Shown: positions 36,822 through 45,882 of the stretch, piece after piece | How positions within the stretch are numbered: the first letter of the stretch is position 1 | Layout of the letters: each line of letters opens with the position of its first letter | DNA from: Bacteroidota bacterium | GTDB taxonomy: Bacteria; Bacteroidota; Bacteroidia; Bacteroidales; UBA10428 | Assembly (NCBI GenBank): GCA_003252385.1 | Contig: QKEH01000042.1 | Location: forward strand, 5,284-69,283 | DNA: 64,000 nucleotides | Direction: 5' to 3' | The notes under the pieces: model-generated | The model's database searches: none | What the model was told of the DNA's origin: nothing | Seen by the model: only the letters and a program-made list of their open reading frames with translations | Program-made: the position numbers and the translations under genes

Positions 36822-38123
36822 ATGAAACGTTACATACTTATTGGATTCTTTTATTGGCTTTCGTTGGCTGCGTTTGGTCAGGTACAAAATTGTTGCACCG
36901 ACCAGTGGACGGATCGGAACGAAAATGAAAATTATACCGGACGTCACGAATGCTCTTTTGTGCAGGCAGGCGACCGGTTTATTATGTTCGGAGGCAGGGA
37001 ACAGGCGCAAAAGCTCGATCAGTACAATTTTAAAAACAATGCATGGGATACCGGAGGGGTTGCACCCAAGGAGTTTAATCACTTTCAGGCTACCGCCTAC
37101 AAGGGTTTTGTTTGGGTGATTGCTGCCTATAAAACCAATACCTTTCCGCACGAAATCCCGGCCGATTTCATCTGGCTTTATCATCCTCCCACCCGAAAAT
37201 GGATTCAGGGACCCGGGATCCCAACAGAACGGAAACGGGGCGGTGCCGGGCTGGTGGTTTATCGGGATAAATTTTATGTCGTAGCCGGAAATACTAACGG
37301 TCACGATGGCGGTTTTGTTGATTGGTTTGATGTATACGATCCCTGGAATAATACCTGGGAGATTTTAGAAAATGCGCCCCGGCCTCGCGACCATTTTCAT
37401 GCTGCCATAATTCAGGATAAATTGTATGCTGCCGGCGGGCGTTGGTCCGGTGGCACCGGAGGTGTGTTTGCTCCTTTGGTCGACACCGTGGATGTTTACG
37501 ATTTTCGGTCCGGAATCTGGTCGTCGGTTTCCGAACCCCTGCCAACACCCCGGGCTGCTCCTGCCGTTGCAGTGGCCAACGACGAGCTTCTGGTAATGGG
37601 GGGCGAGGGTGAAAACCCTGGTCCGGCTTTTAAATGTGTTGAAGCCTACAATCCGGGCTCTAGCAGCTGGTCGAAAAAGGCCGACATGCACTATGCCCGT
37701 CATGGAACCCAGGCGATTGTCTCGGGGAGGGGTATTTACATAGCCTGTGGGTCGCCCAATCAAGGCGGCGGACGTCAGTTGAATATGGAAGTATACAATC
37801 AGGATGTACCGGAGGGCGAAGCGTGGATAGCCTCAATAATAGTGGCCCCTGATACGCTTCGTATTCAGAAGAATTCCTCGCAGGCATTGGAAATAAAAAA
37901 TACCGGGGGAACTACCGCCAGTTTTATTTCCGGAGTTGAGATAGCCGATGACAGGGACGGGAATTTTCAGTTACTGAGCAGTACCAATTTTGTTTTAATT
38001 GATGTGGAAGGAATACTGCGACTGGAAATTAAGCACCTGGGTAAGAAGGTGGGTGATGAAGCCGTTCTGTCTTTATTTTACAATGGGGATCAGGAAAAGA
38101 AGGTTCGGTTGATTAGTGAGTAG
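36822..38123 (+). CDS. Secreted Kelch-repeat beta-propeller protein
   Basis: Signal peptide MKRYILIGFFYWLSLAAFGQ. Repeated motifs (RHECSFVQAGDRFIMFGG, GAGLVVYRDKFYVVAG, FHAAIIQDKLYAAGG, APAVAVANDELLVMGG, GTQAIVSGRGIYIACG). Confidence 0.75.
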   Translation: MKRYILIGFFYWLSLAAFGQVQNCCTDQWTDRNENENYTGRHECSFVQAGDRFIMFGGREQAQKLDQYNFKNNAWDTGGVAPKEFNHFQATAYKGFVWVIAAYKTNTFPHEIPADFIWLYHPPTRKWIQGPGIPTERKRGGAGLVVYRDKFYVVAGNTNGHDGGFVDWFDVYDPWNNTWEILENAPRPRDHFHAAIIQDKLYAAGGRWSGGTGGVFAPLVDTVDVYDFRSGIWSSVSEPLPTPRAAPAVAVANDELLVMGGEGENPGPAFKCVEAYNPGSSSWSKKADMHYARHGTQAIVSGRGIYIACGSPNQGGGRQLNMEVYNQDVPEGEAWIASIIVAPDTLRIQKNSSQALEIKNTGGTTASFISGVEIADDRDGNFQLLSSTNFVLIDVEGILRLEIKHLGKKVGDEAVLSLFYNGDQEKKVRLISE

Positions 38124-38549
38124 TTGGATGCTTTCTTTCGAGTGGTGTAAAAGTTCTTTCACGGTACAAACAGCCCACGGATGATTCTATGCTGATCTGA
38201 ATCTTCAGGCACAAGCCTCCTGGGGTATTCGAAGATGATTGCAGGGAAGGCTCATCTATCACCACGATCAGAGTAACTTTCCCATTGGCAACTTCGTACG
38301 AAAGGCATACGTGATGTACGTGCCGGATGAGAGAAGTTGGTCTTAATTATCGAAGCGAATTTACGATGGGTTGTGAGTTATCAACCGGTTTACGCAGAGT
38401 GTATGTAATACAGAATGCTCACAGTCGGCAATTCCAGCTTTCACTTCAACGGAACAGTCGGAATCACAAACTTCAGAATAGCTCTTCCTTCCCTTTGTGG
38501 ATGTTTCATTTTAGAAATATATTTACTTAATTTGAGACAGGTTTTTACC

Positions 38550-39245
38550 ATGCATAACGGAATGAAAAAGAAAATTCTTATTAGCATCCTGCTGTATCTT
38601 GGGGCTGTTGCTCACGGTCAGGTTAAGATGGGGCTAAGTGGAGGTATTAACCTAACCTCGGTTGTAATAAGCAATAGCGAACTGGGCAGTATGGGCAGCA
38701 TTCCCCGTTTTGGTTTTCATGCGGGTCTGGGATCCGAGGTAGTACTTAAAAAGGGCTTTTCCGTTATTGCCGAAGCGAAAATAATTACCGAAAATTACGG
38801 ATTGGATGTCCCACAGGTATATGGCGATCAGTACAAGGGGTACGACCGTTACAGTCAGTTGAGCTTGCAGCTTCCGGTTCGATTGTGTTATACCATTTCC
38901 AATGTTCGGTTGTTTGCCGGAGGGTATTTCTCGTACTTGGTTAACAGCAGCAATAAAAATCAGATTGAGTACGCATATACCAAGAGTCTGAAGAATTCCG
39001 GAATGGAACTTTTCGCTTACGACGCACCGAAATCAGCCGATACGGAAGTGTTTCCGTTGAAGGAATTTTGTCCGATCGATGCAGGTCCTGTTTTTGGAGC
39101 AGGCTATAACCACGGCAACTTTGCTTTCGACCTGACTTACTCCAAAAGTCTGATAAACCGTTTACCCGATGGGGTTAGCCAAAAGCAGGGTGGACTGTTG
39201 GTTGGCAGTCAAACGCTAAACCTGGGTTTCTTCTTCTATTTATAA
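38550..39245 (+). CDS. Outer membrane beta-barrel protein (PorT/OMP_b-brl_2-like family)
   Basis: Signal peptide MKKKILISILLYLGAVAHGQ, alternating beta-strand pattern and a terminal aromatic residue (...LGFFFYL). Start at ATG 38550 or 38562. Confidence 0.6.
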   Translation: MHNGMKKKILISILLYLGAVAHGQVKMGLSGGINLTSVVISNSELGSMGSIPRFGFHAGLGSEVVLKKGFSVIAEAKIITENYGLDVPQVYGDQYKGYDRYSQLSLQLPVRLCYTISNVRLFAGGYFSYLVNSSNKNQIEYAYTKSLKNSGMELFAYDAPKSADTEVFPLKEFCPIDAGPVFGAGYNHGNFAFDLTYSKSLINRLPDGVSQKQGGLLVGSQTLNLGFFFYL

Positions 39246-40072
39246 CCGGCGTTGGTAAAGGTGCCCCGGTAGATAAACCAATCGCCAAAATCATACGGTT
39301 TTTTATCCAACTGTCCTTTATCGAAGATTCCGTATACGCTTGAGCCACTTCCGCTCATAGCCGCATAAGTTGCCCCCATATCCTGTAAGTTCTTTTTTAG
39401 GCCTGCAATTTGCGGATGGCCGGGAAAAACCGAAGGCTCAAAATCGTTATTTAGTAAGCCTTGCCATTGATTTACAGGAAGCTGTATTAGTTGTTCAATG
39501 CGAGTATCGGGTTGTTGTGGTTGAATGCCTGCATAGGCTTCGCGCGTGCCAATATGGATTCCGGGGTTGACCAAAAGGATTTCATAATTTTCGAAGGAAA
39601 GGGTTGTTGGAGAAAGAATCTCGCCACGGCCGCTTCCCAGGGCGCAGGTGTTTTTTATAAAGAAAGCGCAATCGCTGCCAATCGAAGCAGCCATTTGTTC
39701 CAGGCTGCTTTCTGAGGCATTGCATTTGAAATACCGGTTGAGCCCCTTAAGCATAAAGGCGGCATCGGCCGATCCGCCTCCCAGTCCTGCGCCAACCGGT
39801 ATTATTTTATGCAGATGAATTTGCACCGGTGGTATCTTGTAGGTCAAGTGCATAAGTTGCCAGGCTTTCATCACCAGGTTATCGCCGGGGTGGCTGTCCA
39901 GGTCGATGCCGGTAATTTTAATGCTGCAAGTTGATCCCTGGGTGGGCACAAATTCCAGTATGTCGTGCAAACCAATGGGCACAAACAGAGTTTCTATATT
40001 GTGGAAACCATCGGCTCGTTTTTCGATAACATTGAGCCCTAGGTTGATTTTAGCATTGGGGAAAAGTAACAT
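39236..40072 (-). CDS. ispE: 4-(cytidine 5'-diphospho)-2-C-methyl-D-erythritol kinase
   Basis: GHMP kinase: PNAKINLGLNV and PVGAGLGGGSADAA. Start set at ATG 40072. Confidence 0.88.
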   Translation of the reverse strand: MLLFPNAKINLGLNVIEKRADGFHNIETLFVPIGLHDILEFVPTQGSTCSIKITGIDLDSHPGDNLVMKAWQLMHLTYKIPPVQIHLHKIIPVGAGLGGGSADAAFMLKGLNRYFKCNASESSLEQMAASIGSDCAFFIKNTCALGSGRGEILSPTTLSFENYEILLVNPGIHIGTREAYAGIQPQQPDTRIEQLIQLPVNQWQGLLNNDFEPSVFPGHPQIAGLKKNLQDMGATYAAMSGSGSSVYGIFDKGQLDKKPYDFGDWFIYRGTFTNAGYK

Positions 40073-40207
40073 GCAAATAGTAATTAAGTAATTGAATGCC
40101 AAATAAATACTGGTTATCCACAAGTTATTAACACTACAGGGTGTTAGTACCGGATAATATGTTTAAAAGAACAACAAAATTATAGGAAACGAACCGGAAA
40201 GCCATAC

Positions 40208-40215
40208 TACTTTTG
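40208..40215 (+). promoter_or_regulatory. Bacteroidota -7 promoter box upstream of dnaB
   Basis: tacttttg lies 55 nt upstream of ATG 40270. Confidence 0.45.
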
Positions 40216-40269
40216 CACAGATATTTTGAATCAGTTCCGGTTCAGGAATTCCGTAAAAAATAAATCTCA

Positions 40270-41814
40270 ATGGCACAAAAAGGACAATACACTCCCAAGA
40301 ATAAACCGTCAACCCTGGAGATTGGCCGGATTCCGCCGCAAGCTCTTGAGTTGGAAGAAGCTGTTTTGGGAGCCCTTATGCTCGAAAAGGATGCCATTAT
40401 TGAGGTAATTGATATACTGCGATCCGAAAGCTTTTATAAGGATGAACATCAGAAGATATTTCAGGCCATAACCGACTTGTTTGCTTCCGATAAGGCCATT
40501 GACCTCCTGACCGTACCCGAACAGCTTCGCAAAAACAATCATCTGGAAGAAGTTGGAGGGGTCGCTTTTCTTACGCAACTCACCAGCAGGGTGGCTTCTG
40601 CGGCCCATATCGAGTTTCATGCCCGCATTGTACAGCAAAAGTTTATTCAACGGGAGCTGATACGTATAACGTCCGATATTCAATCGAAGGCTTTTGATGA
40701 AAGCACCGATGTGGATAGCTTGCTCGATTATAGCGAGGGACAGCTTTTTAATGTGGCTCAGGGGCATATTAAAAAAGAAGCAGCACCTATGAATATTCTG
40801 GTGAAAGATGCCATCACTCTCATTCAGGAAGCCGCCAAGCGTGAGGACAATCTGAGTGGAGTGCCCTCGGGGTATACCAAACTGGATCGGATGACTGCAG
40901 GCTGGCAACGTTCCGACCTAATCATTCTGGCTGCCCGTCCTTCCATGGGTAAAACAGCATTTGTTTTGTCCATGGCTCGCAACATGGCGGTTGAGCACAA
41001 GCAGTCGATTGCGGTTTTTAGTCTCGAGATGGCAGCGGTACAATTGGTGAACCGTTTAATTGTGGGCGAAGCCGAAATTCCTTCGGATAAAATACGTGTG
41101 GGTAACCTTACCGATGAAGAATGGGAACGACTGGATTACCGGATAAAACGCCTTGAGGATGCCAAGATTTTCATTGACGATACCCCCGGTATTTCGGTGT
41201 TCGAGTTGCGGGCCAAGTGCCGGCGATTAAAAAATCAGCACAATATCGATGTAATTATTATAGATTACCTGCAGCTGATGACCGGAACGCCCGAAACCAG
41301 GGGGAACCGGGAGCAGGAGGTGAGTACCATATCCCGTTCGCTAAAGGCCTTGGCCAAGGAGCTGAACGTTCCGGTGATAGCGTTGTCGCAGTTGAACCGT
41401 TCGGTGGAAGTGCGTACCGGAAGTAAGCGGCCTCAGCTCTCCGACCTGCGCGAGTCGGGTGCCATTGAGCAGGATGCCGATATGGTGGTGTTTATTCATC
41501 GGCCCGAGAAATATGGTATTTTGCAGGATGAGGAAGGAAATTCGCTCGTGGGCCTCGCGGAGATTATTCTGGCCAAACACCGTAACGGGGCACTGGGCGA
41601 TGTTCACCTTAAGTTTATTGGCGAATTTACCAAGTTTGTGGAAGTGGGTGACGATTATTTTGGGCCGGTTGACGACGGAGGGTTCCAGTCAGTCCCGGCA
41701 GATAATCAGTTTGTGACCATGGGTTCAAAAATGAATCAGCCCAATTTTAGTGGAGGGTTTACGAACAACGAATTGCCCAGGGGTATGGATTTTGACGAGG
41801 AGGTTCCTTTTTAA
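40270..41814 (+). CDS. dnaB: Replicative DNA helicase DnaB
   Basis: PPQALELEEAVLGALM N-terminal domain, Walker A ARPSMGKTAF, IIIDYLQLM, and SQLNRSVE / RESGAIEQDAD. Confidence 0.95.
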   Translation: MAQKGQYTPKNKPSTLEIGRIPPQALELEEAVLGALMLEKDAIIEVIDILRSESFYKDEHQKIFQAITDLFASDKAIDLLTVPEQLRKNNHLEEVGGVAFLTQLTSRVASAAHIEFHARIVQQKFIQRELIRITSDIQSKAFDESTDVDSLLDYSEGQLFNVAQGHIKKEAAPMNILVKDAITLIQEAAKREDNLSGVPSGYTKLDRMTAGWQRSDLIILAARPSMGKTAFVLSMARNMAVEHKQSIAVFSLEMAAVQLVNRLIVGEAEIPSDKIRVGNLTDEEWERLDYRIKRLEDAKIFIDDTPGISVFELRAKCRRLKNQHNIDVIIIDYLQLMTGTPETRGNREQEVSTISRSLKALAKELNVPVIALSQLNRSVEVRTGSKRPQLSDLRESGAIEQDADMVVFIHRPEKYGILQDEEGNSLVGLAEIILAKHRNGALGDVHLKFIGEFTKFVEVGDDYFGPVDDGGFQSVPADNQFVTMGSKMNQPNFSGGFTNNELPRGMDFDEEVPF

Positions 41815-42006
41815 CTGAATGGCAGAAGAATGCTGATCCCTCTGGAAATTCCGGCACAGAAGTGTTCGCGTTTGGGATCCTAGATAGGATCTGCTTTTAC
41901 CTTCCTGCATCAGAGTATTCCTGAAATTCAGTTGAGGTCACGAGTACTTACTTCGGCTCATCCGTGTTATTTCCGGTTAAATAACCTGAAAATAAATATA
42001 TTATAC

Positions 42007-42014
42007 TACCTTTG
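42007..42014 (+). promoter_or_regulatory. Bacteroidota -7 promoter box upstream of the DEAD-box helicase gene
   Basis: tacctttg lies about 85 nt upstream of ATG 42100, which implies a long leader. Confidence 0.45.
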
Positions 42015-42099
42015 CACCCTCAAATTTAATGGATATTGATCCGGTGCAAAATCTCCTTCCTGGTTGGTTTTGAATGGGATCAATGGGAAAGGAAAAAAT

Positions 42100-43785
42100 A
42101 TGTTAAAATTTTCGGAATCGGGTCTTCGGCCCGAAATTATCAGGGCCATTGAAGAAATTGGCTTTGAAAACGCAACTCCTATTCAGGAACAAACTCTGCC
42201 GGTTTTGTTGAATTCAACCAACGATTTAGTGGCTCTGGCACAAACCGGAACCGGTAAAACCGCTGCTTTTGGTCTGCCTTTAGTGGAACTTGCTGATGCG
42301 AACAACACCTCGGTGCAGGCACTAATTTTATGTCCAACCCGCGAATTGTGTATACAAATCACGAAGGACATGGATCAGTTTTCAAAATACCTGAAAGGTT
42401 TGCAAGTGGTATCGGTATATGGCGGCGCCAGTATTGAACCGCAGATTAAGGCTTTAAAAAAGGGGTGCCAGATTGTAGTGGGTACCCCGGGTCGGGTACT
42501 GGACTTGATTTCACGTCATGTGCTGAAATTACAAAATGTTCGCTGGATGGTGCTCGATGAAGCCGATGAGATGCTGAATATGGGTTTTAAGGACGATCTG
42601 GATGCCATTCTGGAACAAACTCCCGACACTCGGCAAACCCTCTTGTTTTCGGCCACTATGCGTAAGGAAGTGTCCCAGATTGCCAAGCGCTATATGCGGA
42701 ACCCTGACGAAATTGCCGTTGGAAAACGAAATGCAGGGGCTGAGAATGTGCGCCACGAGTTTTATGTGGTCCATGCTCGCGATCGCTACCTGGCGCTGAA
42801 ACGGATTGTGGATATCAATCCGTCGATTTATGGAATTATTTTCTGCAGAACCCGTGAAGAAACCAAAGACGTAGCAAAGAAACTGATGCATGACGGATAC
42901 AATGCCGATGCCCTGCATGGCGATCTATCGCAATCGCAACGCGATTATGCCATGGAACGGTTCCGCCTTCGCAATTTACAACTGTTGGTGGCCACCGACG
43001 TGGCTGCACGGGGGCTCGACGTAAATGAACTTACCCATGTCATCAATTATAATCTACCGGACGATCTGGAAGCCTATGTTCATCGCAGCGGCCGTACCGG
43101 GCGTGCCGGACGCAGCGGGGTATGTGTATCTATCATTCATACCCGCGAGAACAACCGCATAAAGGATTTGGAGCGCATCACCCATAAGAGTTTCGAACGC
43201 AAATCCATTCCCGATGGCCGTGAAGTTTGCGAAAAACAACTCTTTATGCTGATAGATCGGATGGAACGAGCCGAAGTTGACGCTCGTATTGATGAATTTT
43301 TGCCGGTTATTTATAAGAAACTGGAATGGCTTACCCGCGAGGAACTTATTAAACGGTTTGTTTCTGAGGAGTTCAATCGTTTTCTGGCGTATTACAAAGA
43401 TGCTAAAGATTTGAATGTGAATGTTCATGCCGATAGAGAGGAGCCTTCGCGTCGCAAGAATAAGATAGAATACGTACGTTTGTTTATCAATCAGGGGGTT
43501 AAAACCGGCATGGATGCAGGCAGTCTGATCGCTTTGATCAACAAGCACAGCAAGGGATCACGGGTTGAGATTGGGAAAATTGAGATTCTCAAGAAGTTCT
43601 CCTTTTTTGAGGTGGATTCTCCCAGCGAAAAGCTCTTGATTAAGGCCCTGAATAAGGCCGATTTCAGAGGTCAAGCCGTGGTAACTGAGCCGGCAGATAC
43701 GGAAGGAAAACAACCTGTCAAGAAAAAGGAAAGTTCCAAACAGCGAAAGGCGAAGAAAAAACGACCGGATAAGCGGGGGTTCTAG
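42100..43785 (+). CDS. DEAD-box ATP-dependent RNA helicase (DeaD/CsdA-like, with a DbpA-type RNA-binding domain and a basic tail)
   Basis: Q motif, AQTGTGKT, DEAD (VLDEADEM), SAT and HRSGRTGRAG. The C-terminus is KKKESSKQRKAKKKRPDKRGF. Confidence 0.9.
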   Translation: MLKFSESGLRPEIIRAIEEIGFENATPIQEQTLPVLLNSTNDLVALAQTGTGKTAAFGLPLVELADANNTSVQALILCPTRELCIQITKDMDQFSKYLKGLQVVSVYGGASIEPQIKALKKGCQIVVGTPGRVLDLISRHVLKLQNVRWMVLDEADEMLNMGFKDDLDAILEQTPDTRQTLLFSATMRKEVSQIAKRYMRNPDEIAVGKRNAGAENVRHEFYVVHARDRYLALKRIVDINPSIYGIIFCRTREETKDVAKKLMHDGYNADALHGDLSQSQRDYAMERFRLRNLQLLVATDVAARGLDVNELTHVINYNLPDDLEAYVHRSGRTGRAGRSGVCVSIIHTRENNRIKDLERITHKSFERKSIPDGREVCEKQLFMLIDRMERAEVDARIDEFLPVIYKKLEWLTREELIKRFVSEEFNRFLAYYKDAKDLNVNVHADREEPSRRKNKIEYVRLFINQGVKTGMDAGSLIALINKHSKGSRVEIGKIEILKKFSFFEVDSPSEKLLIKALNKADFRGQAVVTEPADTEGKQPVKKKESSKQRKAKKKRPDKRGF

Positions 43786-43796
43786 ACATCAGAACA

Positions 43797-43834
43797 TAAA
43801 AAAAGCAAGCATTCATTGAATGCTTGCTTTTTTA
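43797..43834. terminator. Bidirectional hairpin terminator between convergent genes
   Basis: gcaagcattc (43805-43814) pairs with gaatgcttgc (43818-43827), a perfect 10-bp stem flanked by an A-run and a T-run. Confidence 0.65.
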
Positions 43835-43851
43835 TTTATTAAAGTGAAAGG

Positions 43852-45744
43852 TTATTCCACTTTAATAAAGGCTTCATACTCACTTACCGATGCGTTTGAC
43901 AGGCAGGCATCAATAATGTCGTTACCCAGTTTGGAGAGCGCAGGGCTTTTGTACTGAGGCAGTTCGCGTTTGAAGAAGTCGATCAGGATTTGAGCTCCGG
44001 CATCATAGCCTTCCGTTCCAACTTCGTCCTGGCGGTAAACTTTAAGGAAACGCGATGGTATTTTTGCACCTTCGATGGTGAGATAGTTGAGTTCGTACCC
44101 CAATAGTGGGCAACGGGCATCCTGGTACTGTTCGGGTTTTAACCGGGCATTACCACGACGGGTAAGGTATTCCCGCATCAGAAGTTGGGGTTTAAAGCCC
44201 ACTTTCCACGCACCAATGTGCTGATTAGGAACCAGAGTGTAGAGGGTACGTGTGGTATGCAGTATCTGATCGAGCAATATATTGGCGTGGGTAACCCGTT
44301 TACCGGTGGCAAATGGCCAGTACGATCCAACACCTTCGGAGCCCATAGTGCCATCGCTAACGATACTGGGGTTAGCATACCCCCGGGGCGAAGTGAGACG
44401 CCATAACCAGGCCAAAGCCGGAGGCAGAATGTGGAACATGCCTACAATTCCGAAGTTGGGATTTTCCTTGGTAGTCGGAGGGGTGCGAACGCCAAAACTG
44501 CGTACGTCCACGGAAATGGGTTTACTGACTACATTGCGAACAATTTCTCGGGGTAGAACTACCCTGGGGTTGGGGCAGGGTTTTCCAGGTTCATCCTCGG
44601 TATGTGCCCAAATCAGAACGGTTCCGCCCGGATTCGATTTTAGGTTCAAAAACAGCAGTGGAGTGGGAGGGTTGATGGTTACCTTCTCCAGGAAGGGGTC
44701 GTCGCCATAGGCGTTAACGCTATCAACACGGACAAACCAGGCATTCTCTGCATCAGTAAGGGTAAGTTTGCCATTACCACTCTGTATAGAAGGTGGGCAA
44801 AGTGCCATATCGTCGGTTACCGGGTTGAACTCACAGAATATGGGCAAATTGATTTTTCGCTCCTCGCCGGTAATCAGGTTTTTTCCCAGCATCACCATAC
44901 CGTTGGTTTCGCGAATAATGTTTTGCAACATCTCACTCTTACCACCCCCGCTGGCACCCTCGTGCATAAAGGTGGTGCGATTGTCGTATGGGCTGTACAC
45001 TTCAACTGCCGAGCAGTGCGCGGTTATCCATTCCCCTTTTTCACCTTCATCAAGTAAGGCTGCATATAGGCCTTTTTTAGCACTGGGGCCCGGGTACAGG
45101 TTGTAGGAATAGATCTCGTGCACGTTGGTGGTGCGATTATGAACCACCACCTGTTTGCCTTCGAAATGCGTGTGGCGGAAGGTGGGTGCTACAAATATGG
45201 CTGAACCTATGTTAAAGCGGGGGGGGATCTTGTCTAACGAAACAATTTGCTGCAGCATGGCAAGTCCCATAGCAAAGAATCCGGCATTGGCAGGAACTAT
45301 TGCAATACCACCAACCCCGATATTATCGCGGCCGGCAAAGTAGAGAAATACGCCCAGATCCTGGTTTTTTAACCAATCCATGGTTTCCTTTTCCAATTTG
45401 CTGAATTCGTATCCAAACCGATCGGCAAAACGTTCTTTGTCGGTGGGGAGATTGTCGGCGATGACCATGGTGTTAGGATCGCGGCGGCGCATGTAGGCCT
45501 CTGTGTAATTGGCCGAAATACCATTACTTACCCGGTGAACGATGGCTTCGGTATATACCCCTTTACCCGGAATGTCGTACTTAACCTCAAACGAGTTGCT
45601 TTCCTTGTCTCCCAACGTGATATCAATAATTTCATCAACGGTATTGAATACCTGGTAGCTTTTACAATTTTCAAGCAGAAGGGTGATGTTCTTGGGAACC
45701 TTTATTCCTTTCTCTTGAAGTACTTTAAAAAAATCTTTCGTCAT
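43852..45744 (-). CDS. Uncharacterised P-loop protein (DUF4914-like; PEPCK/HPr-kinase-type Walker A)
   Basis: 630 aa with no signal peptide. Single P-loop HEGASGGGKSEM in the middle of the protein. The overall layout recalls the ATP-dependent PEP carboxykinase fold. Confidence 0.55.
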   Translation of the reverse strand: MTKDFFKVLQEKGIKVPKNITLLLENCKSYQVFNTVDEIIDITLGDKESNSFEVKYDIPGKGVYTEAIVHRVSNGISANYTEAYMRRRDPNTMVIADNLPTDKERFADRFGYEFSKLEKETMDWLKNQDLGVFLYFAGRDNIGVGGIAIVPANAGFFAMGLAMLQQIVSLDKIPPRFNIGSAIFVAPTFRHTHFEGKQVVVHNRTTNVHEIYSYNLYPGPSAKKGLYAALLDEGEKGEWITAHCSAVEVYSPYDNRTTFMHEGASGGGKSEMLQNIIRETNGMVMLGKNLITGEERKINLPIFCEFNPVTDDMALCPPSIQSGNGKLTLTDAENAWFVRVDSVNAYGDDPFLEKVTINPPTPLLFLNLKSNPGGTVLIWAHTEDEPGKPCPNPRVVLPREIVRNVVSKPISVDVRSFGVRTPPTTKENPNFGIVGMFHILPPALAWLWRLTSPRGYANPSIVSDGTMGSEGVGSYWPFATGKRVTHANILLDQILHTTRTLYTLVPNQHIGAWKVGFKPQLLMREYLTRRGNARLKPEQYQDARCPLLGYELNYLTIEGAKIPSRFLKVYRQDEVGTEGYDAGAQILIDFFKRELPQYKSPALSKLGNDIIDACLSNASVSEYEAFIKVE

Positions 45745-45827
45745 AAATCAATCAATTTCAGGCTGTTACAAATCAAACCATACTATCTGTCCAATAATGT
45801 GTGTTGGGGACTTAATTTTAGAAGGTA

Positions 45828-45835
45828 CAAAAGTA
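45828..45835 (-). promoter_or_regulatory. Bacteroidota -7 promoter box for the DUF4914-like gene
   Basis: The minus strand reads tacttttg, 84 nt upstream of ATG 45744. Confidence 0.4.
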
Positions 45836-45882
45836 CTGTTTTTACTGGTAAAAACGATGTTTTTTCGAATTATTCAGTTGGG

